Source: Nitrosococcus oceani ATCC 19707
GTDB lineage: Bacteria > Pseudomonadota > Gammaproteobacteria > Nitrosococcales > Nitrosococcaceae
Direction of reading: 5' to 3'
NCBI RefSeq assembly: GCF_000012805.1
Contig: NC_007484.1
Span: 960,001 to 992,000 of the forward strand
DNA length: 32,000 bases
Part shown: positions 26,298-32,000 of the stretch, one piece after another
Layout of the letters: each line of letters begins with the position of its first letter
Position numbering within the stretch: the first letter of the stretch is position 1
Program-made: the position numbers and the translations under genes
The notes under the pieces: model-generated
Database searches by the model: none
What the model saw: the letters and a program-made list of their open reading frames with translations, nothing else
What the model was told of the DNA's origin: nothing

Positions 26298-28547
26298 TTA
26301 TTTTCCGGGGCTAAGAGGCGCAGTAGCGGGCATTTTGCTTGCCGGTGTTTTTAATCGCAGCACGATTCCCGCTAACGGAGGCACCGTAATATTGATGGAA
26401 TAGGGCCGTCCCATCCAGGTAATGCTATCGGTCTGGATGGTTTGGCTGTTGCCCATATTACTGCCACCATAGTAAGTAGAATCTGAGTTGAAGCACTCTA
26501 AATAAACCCCGGATTTCGGAACCCCGAGGCGGTAATTAGTACGAGGTACTGGGGTAAAATTTAATACCACGATCACAAAATCTCCATCCTTTAGGCGCAG
26601 GTAGCTTAACACCGATTGGGCGGAGTCATGGCAGTCGATCCACTCAAAGCCTTCTTTGGCGAAATCATAGTAATTAAGGGCAGGGAGGCTGCGGTAGAGG
26701 TGATTAAGATCCTTGATAGCTGCTTGTACACCTTGGTGAACAGGATAGTTCAGTAAATACCAATCTAGAGATCGGGATTCGTTCCATTCTTCTCCCTGCC
26801 CGAATTCGCAGCCCATGAACAACAGTTTTTTACCGGGATAGGTAAACATCATAGTATAGAGCAGGCGGAGATTGGCAAATCGCTGCCATTCATCTCCAGG
26901 CATTTTGTAGAGTAGGGATTGCTTACCGTGGACCACTTCGTCATGGGATAAAGGGAGCATGAAATTTTCGTTAAAGGCATACAGTAGCCCAAAGGTAAGA
27001 GCGTCGTGATGGTAATGGCGGTATATAGGATCTTTGCTCATGTAAGAGAGGGTGTCATTCATCCAGCCCATATTCCACTTCATGGAGAAGCCCAGACCTC
27101 CAACATAGATTGGATGGGAAACCATAGGCCAAGAGGTGGATTCTTCTGCAATGACCAGAACTCCTGGATGCTGTGCGTGAAGCACCTTATTCAGTTCCCG
27201 TAGAAAGTCGATGGCTTCAAGATTCTCTCGGCCTCCATATTTGTTGGGTATCCAATCTCCTTCTTGGCGAGAATAATCTAGATATAACATCGAGGCTACC
27301 GCATCTACCCGTAGGCCGTCGATATGGAATTCTTCGAGCCAATAGAGGGCAGAAGAAAGCAGAAAATTTCTTACTTCATGGCGGCCATAATTAAAAATAA
27401 GCGTTCCCCAGTCCCGATGTTCCCCTAAGCGGGGATCTTCGTGCTCGTATAGGGCGCTGCCATCAAATTGGGCTAACCCATGAGCGTCTTTAGGAAAATG
27501 TCCCGGCACCCAATCCATAAGTACGCCAATGCCATGGAGGTGACAATGATCTACAAAGTAGCGGAATTCATCAGGTGAGCCAAAGCGGCTCGTGGGTGCG
27601 AAGTAGCCGGTTGTTTGGTAGCCCCAGGAAGCGTCCAAGGGGTGCTCGGTAACCGGCAGAAGCTCAATGTGGGTAAAGCCTGTTTTTAGGACATAATCCA
27701 CAAGTTGTCGGGCCAGTTGGCGATAGTTAAGGAAAGCACCATTTTCCCCCCGTTGCCAAGATCCTAGGTGGACCTCATAGACTGAAATTGGCTGATGTAA
27801 CCAATCAAACTGTTTGCGTTGCTCCATCCACTTCCTATCTTGCCATAGGTAGTTGGTTTTTGCTGCTACAATAGAGGCTGTGTGGGGGCGCTGTTCGAAT
27901 CGTTGCCCGTAAGGATCGGATTTGAGATGAATTGACCCACGGTTGCGGTTACGGAGTTCATATTTATAGAGAGTCCCCGGCTTCAAACCAGGGATGAATA
28001 GCTCCCAGACTCCGGTCAAACCTCGAAGTTGCATGGGGTGACAGCGGCCATCCCAGCGGTTGAAATCTCCCACTATGCTTACTCGCTCAGCCTCGGGCGC
28101 CCATGTGGCAAATAAAACGCCACTGGTTCCATCTACGATTACGGGGTGGGAGCCGAGAATACGGTAGACGTGCCAGTGTTTTCCTTCTCCAAAAAGATGA
28201 AGATCGTAGTCGGAAAGCTGCGGGGGGAAACAGTAGGGATCGTACTCATAGTGGGTAAATCCCATCTTGTCCTCCCATAAAACCTGATAGGGCAGGGGGA
28301 GAGCTTTGGCCTTTCCATGCCATTCGAATAAATTTATTGCCGAGGATCGCGCCATCTCCTGAGGAGGTTCAGTTCCAATCCATGCCTGGATCGCGTGGGG
28401 GAGATAGGCCCGCACAACGATGCCTTTTTGATAGGGGTGAGGTCCTAGCACTCTAAACGGGTCTGAATAGCAAGCGTTTACGAGTTTCTCCATTGCTTCT
28501 GAAAATTCCGCAGCCATGGGTTGCGGGGAATACTGAGAATTGGTCAT
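26298..28547 (-). CDS. glgB: 1,4-alpha-glucan branching enzyme
   Basis: GH13 catalytic blocks [28 protein letters not shown] and [12 protein letters not shown]. About 750 aa. Confidence 0.95.
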   Translation of the reverse strand: MTNSQYSPQPMAAEFSEAMEKLVNACYSDPFRVLGPHPYQKGIVVRAYLPHAIQAWIGTEPPQEMARSSAINLFEWHGKAKALPLPYQVLWEDKMGFTHYEYDPYCFPPQLSDYDLHLFGEGKHWHVYRILGSHPVIVDGTSGVLFATWAPEAERVSIVGDFNRWDGRCHPMQLRGLTGVWELFIPGLKPGTLYKYELRNRNRGSIHLKSDPYGQRFEQRPHTASIVAAKTNYLWQDRKWMEQRKQFDWLHQPISVYEVHLGSWQRGENGAFLNYRQLARQLVDYVLKTGFTHIELLPVTEHPLDASWGYQTTGYFAPTSRFGSPDEFRYFVDHCHLHGIGVLMDWVPGHFPKDAHGLAQFDGSALYEHEDPRLGEHRDWGTLIFNYGRHEVRNFLLSSALYWLEEFHIDGLRVDAVASMLYLDYSRQEGDWIPNKYGGRENLEAIDFLRELNKVLHAQHPGVLVIAEESTSWPMVSHPIYVGGLGFSMKWNMGWMNDTLSYMSKDPIYRHYHHDALTFGLLYAFNENFMLPLSHDEVVHGKQSLLYKMPGDEWQRFANLRLLYTMMFTYPGKKLLFMGCEFGQGEEWNESRSLDWYLLNYPVHQGVQAAIKDLNHLYRSLPALNYYDFAKEGFEWIDCHDSAQSVLSYLRLKDGDFVIVVLNFTPVPRTNYRLGVPKSGVYLECFNSDSTYYGGSNMGNSQTIQTDSITWMGRPYSINITVPPLAGIVLRLKTPASKMPATAPLSPGK

Positions 28548-28650
28548 GATGCACTTATATTTTGAGGGTTATACGCTATACTATATTTTAAAAGGTAGAC
28601 GATAAAGGTTTGAGGGATAAGGAAGGACGCCCCGCTAAGGTTTTTAACTA

Positions 28651-29922
28651 ATGACAAAAAATTATAGCGCACGTTTTGTTAGCCGTCTTACCCGTGATAC
28701 TTTGGCGCTAATTCTCGCTGGAGGGCGAGGTTCTCGGTTAAAGAATTTAACAGCATGGCGAGCTAAGCCTGCGGTACCTATCGGAGGTAAATTCCGCATT
28801 ATCGATTTTCCTCTTTCTAACTGTGTTAACTCCGGCGTCCGCCGTATTTGCGTATTAACGCAATATAAAGCCCATTCGCTGGTTCGTCATATTCAGCAAG
28901 GCTGGGGATTCATGCGGGGCTATCTGGGCGAGTTTGTGGAATTGATGCCGGCCTCACAGCGGATTGAAGACTCCTGGTATGCGGGCACTGCTGATGCAGT
29001 GTATCAGAATCTCGATATTGTCCGCTCCCATAACCCGGAATATGTACTCATTCTGGCAGGCGATCATGTCTACAAGATGGATTATGGAGATATGCTAGCT
29101 TACCATGTGGAGCGCGAAGCCGATATGACCGTTGGTTGTATCCATGTTCCGCTCAAGGAAGCCAAGGCCTTTGGCGTTATGAGTGTAGACGAGAATTTTC
29201 GAGTGACGGAGTTTACGGAGAAGCCAGAGCACCCTCAACCCTCGCCAGGGCGATCTGACGAAACCTTGGCTTCTATGGGTATTTACGTTTTTAATGCCGC
29301 TTTTCTTTATGAACAACTGATTAAAAACGCGGATGCCTTTAATTCTTCTCATGACTTTGGTAAGGATATTATTCCATCCATCCTACGTAGCCATTATCGA
29401 GTAATTGCTTTCCCTTTCAGTGATGTCCAAGGGGGGGATCCTGGCTATTGGCGCGATGTGGGGACGGTGGATGCCTTTTGGAACGCTAATCTTGAGTTGA
29501 TCGGAGTCAGTCCGGAATTGAACCTTTATGATGAGGATTGGCCGATATGGACCTACCAAGCTCAGCTTCCTCCCGCAAAATTTATTTTTGATAACGAAGA
29601 TAGACGGGGAATGGCTGTGGATTCTATGGTTTCGGGGGGATGCATCATCGCTGGTGCATGGATAGGTCATTCATTGTTATTCTCCAATGTATGGGTGCAA
29701 TCTCATACAGAGGTGGCTAGCAGTGTAATATTGCCGGATGTGAAGATAGGTAAGCATTGCCATATTAGGAAGGCGATCTTGGATAAGGGATGTAACGTAC
29801 CTGATGGTACGGTGATTGGTGAAGATCTGGAAGAGGATAAAAGACGTTTCTACGTTACGGAGGAAGGGGTGGTCTTAGTAACCCCGGAGATGCTGGGTCA
29901 AAAATACCGCTATATCCGTTGA
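28651..29922 (+). CDS. glgC: Glucose-1-phosphate adenylyltransferase
   Basis: [32 protein letters not shown] and WYAGTADAV motifs. C-terminal left-handed beta-helix region. Confidence 0.95.
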   Translation: MTKNYSARFVSRLTRDTLALILAGGRGSRLKNLTAWRAKPAVPIGGKFRIIDFPLSNCVNSGVRRICVLTQYKAHSLVRHIQQGWGFMRGYLGEFVELMPASQRIEDSWYAGTADAVYQNLDIVRSHNPEYVLILAGDHVYKMDYGDMLAYHVEREADMTVGCIHVPLKEAKAFGVMSVDENFRVTEFTEKPEHPQPSPGRSDETLASMGIYVFNAAFLYEQLIKNADAFNSSHDFGKDIIPSILRSHYRVIAFPFSDVQGGDPGYWRDVGTVDAFWNANLELIGVSPELNLYDEDWPIWTYQAQLPPAKFIFDNEDRRGMAVDSMVSGGCIIAGAWIGHSLLFSNVWVQSHTEVASSVILPDVKIGKHCHIRKAILDKGCNVPDGTVIGEDLEEDKRRFYVTEEGVVLVTPEMLGQKYRYIR

Positions 29923-30199
29923 CGGTTGATAAAGGACTGTTTATCCTGCATTACTAGTTTTGATGCCAGAATCTAGGAAAGGCATTTTATTGCTAGTGTT
30001 CTCTACTTACAAATCCTCAAGCTGACGGCATGCGAACAGCGTTGTCCACTTCGATGGGCGCTCGTGGTTTGCAGGCAGAAATGGGAACTAATCTAGTGCA
30101 AGTTGATAATTAATAGCCTTTTTTCTTCTCCATGGGTAGGGGTTTTCTTGCTTTCCACCACCATGAAAATCATAGATACGGGGAATTCCTGTTGAGGGG

Positions 30200-31657
30200 A
30201 TGGGGAGGGTGAAAGATAGGCCATTTCGACGGCGGCGCGGGGGAATTCTACTTCATGTCACATCTTTGCCGGGCAGCAATTTAGGCATAGACGCCTACCG
30301 TTTTGTGGACTTTCTAGCGGAGGCAGGTATTACTGTTTGGCAAATTCTTCCACTGGGGCCCACCCACGAGGATTTATCCCCCTATCAATGCCTCTCGGTT
30401 CATGCTGGTAATCCAAAATTGATCTCTTTGCAATTCCTGGCTGAGGAGCCTTGGTTTGGTGTCTGTGACATTGATTTGAGCGACTGCGGGGTCGCGCTAT
30501 GGCAAGGTTATCGCCGTTTTACTCTCTATGCTAGCCAGGCGATACGGGCTGAATTTGCTGCTTTTTGTCGTGAGCAAGCTTTTTGGCTAGAGGATTATGT
30601 TTTATTTCAAGCCTTGCGGGAGACTCAGGATAATGCTCCTTGGTTTGAATGGCCTCAAAAGTTGCGCGGACATGTGTTCAAGGAACTTGGAGCAGTGGGG
30701 CAGGAGCTAGAGACCTTGATGGATCGTAACCGCTTTGAGCAATTTATTTTCTTTCGGCAATGGTCAAGGCTCAAAAATTATGCTAATGGACATGGGGTAT
30801 TAATCTTCGGTGATATGCCTATTTTTGTTGCTCACGATAGTGCTGATGTTTGGGCTCGACCGGAATATTTCACCGTGGATAGAGGGGGCCGGTTAACGGC
30901 AATGGCGGGAGTGCCTCCCGATTATTTTTCGGCAACTGGCCAGTGCTGGGGCAACCCTCTGTACCAATGGGATCGCCTCGAGGACGATGGGTTTAGTTGG
31001 TGGTTAGAGCGGGTGCGCACCCAGTTAAAGTTGTGCGATATTATCCGTATCGACCATTTTCGCGGCCTTGAGTCCTACTGGGAGATCCCAGCTGGTAGCA
31101 AAACAGCGGTTAAGGGGCGTTGGGTAAAAGCGCCTGGCGAAGCCTTGTTTCGTGCCCTGGAAGATTCTTATGGATCTTTGCCATTGGTGGCTGAAGATTT
31201 GGGGGTTATTACTCCGGCGGTGGACGCATTACGGGATCAGTTTCATTTACCTGGAATGAAAGTTTTACAATTTGCTTTTGAGGGCGGACCGGACAATCCT
31301 TATCTTCCTGAAAATCATTTGGAAAACTGCGTAGTGTATACAGGTACTCATGATAACGATACTATCTTGGGCTGGTTCAACAGTCTCTCTGAAGATAAGC
31401 GCCACCATGTTTATGAATGCCTAGGATTTCCAACTGAGCCTATGCCATGGGCGTTGATTGAATGTGCCTTCCAGTCAGTAGCTAAGCATGCAGTGGTGCC
31501 AATGCAAGATCTTTTGGAGTTGGGCAGCGAGGGACGCATGAATTTACCTGGAATGATCGAGAATAATAATTGGCGCTGGCATTTTAACTGGCCACAGGTA
31601 AAACCGGATCTAGCAGCACGCATACGATATTTGGTTAGCCATTATGGCCGACTATAA
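30200..31657 (+). CDS. malQ: 4-alpha-glucanotransferase (amylomaltase, GH77)
   Basis: GILLHVTSLPG, IIRIDHFRG, VAEDLG and YTGTHDNDT motifs. The exact start is uncertain (ATG 30200 or GTG 30209). Confidence 0.9.
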   Translation: MGRVKDRPFRRRRGGILLHVTSLPGSNLGIDAYRFVDFLAEAGITVWQILPLGPTHEDLSPYQCLSVHAGNPKLISLQFLAEEPWFGVCDIDLSDCGVALWQGYRRFTLYASQAIRAEFAAFCREQAFWLEDYVLFQALRETQDNAPWFEWPQKLRGHVFKELGAVGQELETLMDRNRFEQFIFFRQWSRLKNYANGHGVLIFGDMPIFVAHDSADVWARPEYFTVDRGGRLTAMAGVPPDYFSATGQCWGNPLYQWDRLEDDGFSWWLERVRTQLKLCDIIRIDHFRGLESYWEIPAGSKTAVKGRWVKAPGEALFRALEDSYGSLPLVAEDLGVITPAVDALRDQFHLPGMKVLQFAFEGGPDNPYLPENHLENCVVYTGTHDNDTILGWFNSLSEDKRHHVYECLGFPTEPMPWALIECAFQSVAKHAVVPMQDLLELGSEGRMNLPGMIENNNWRWHFNWPQVKPDLAARIRYLVSHYGRL

Positions 31658-31688
31658 ACAATGTGATAAGTGAAATTAGGAGAGAGTT

Positions 31689-32000
31689 ATGAGCGAAATT
31701 CCCGCAGAATTAAAATATACCAAGACTCATGAGTGGGTTCGGCAAGCAGGGCAGGGTGACTTGACGGTAGGTATTACAGATCAGGCCCAGGAGATGCTAG
31801 GCGATATAGTTTACATTGAACTACCTGAAGTCGGTACTACCGTTCGTGCCAGTGTGGAGTGCATGGTTATTGAATCGGTAAAAGCGGCATCCGATGTGTA
31901 TGCCCCGGTGGAAGGAGAGATTATTGAAGTGAATACTTCACTTACGGATCAGCCGGAGCTTATTAACCAGAAATCTTATGATGATGGGTGGTTGTTTCGG
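31689..32000 (+). CDS. gcvH: Glycine cleavage system H protein (3' end truncated by the window)
   Basis: My own translation is [19 protein letters not shown]...[26 protein letters not shown], with the lipoyl-lysine motif ESVKA. It runs off the window end. Confidence 0.9.

Overview
This window looks like core chromosome of a gammaproteobacterial ammonia oxidiser, most consistent with Nitrosococcus. The organism call is inferred from gene content and synteny; no search was run. The centre (about 9.7-17.6 kb) is a periplasmic nitrogen-oxide redox neighbourhood. It holds the complete hydroxylamine-oxidation operon: haoA (octahaem HAO, eight CxxCH), haoB, cycA (tetrahaem c554) and cycB (NapC/NirT-type tetrahaem cM552). 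Upstream and divergent sit a MocR/GntR-aminotransferase regulator followed by cytochrome P460 (cytL). cytL is convergent with a small secreted orphan cupredoxin that resembles only domain 1 of a multicopper oxidase and lies in a visibly AT-rich patch. The rest is housekeeping: 2-Cys peroxiredoxin, dksA, a CbbY-like HAD phosphatase plus an aminotransferase, a His-rich monohaem cytochrome c, tRNA-Glu(CUC), pcnB-folK-panBCD, acyP, proS plus a lytic transglycosylase, ndk-rlmN-pilW-hisS, pgi, glycogen genes glgB/glgC/malQ, and the start of gcvH. I saw no CRISPR arrays, transposases, integrases, phage genes or recognisable defence systems. The most unusual observations read directly from the sequence are these. 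(1) A 28/29-bp tandem duplication of the haoA ribosome-binding site and start codon creates a 10-codon upstream ORF whose stop overlaps the haoA ATG. (2) The orphan domain-1-like cupredoxin has atypical copper-ligand motifs. (3) pcnB's conserved N-terminus extends upstream of any ATG/GTG/TTG. (4) A cytochrome c carries His-rich tails at both ends.
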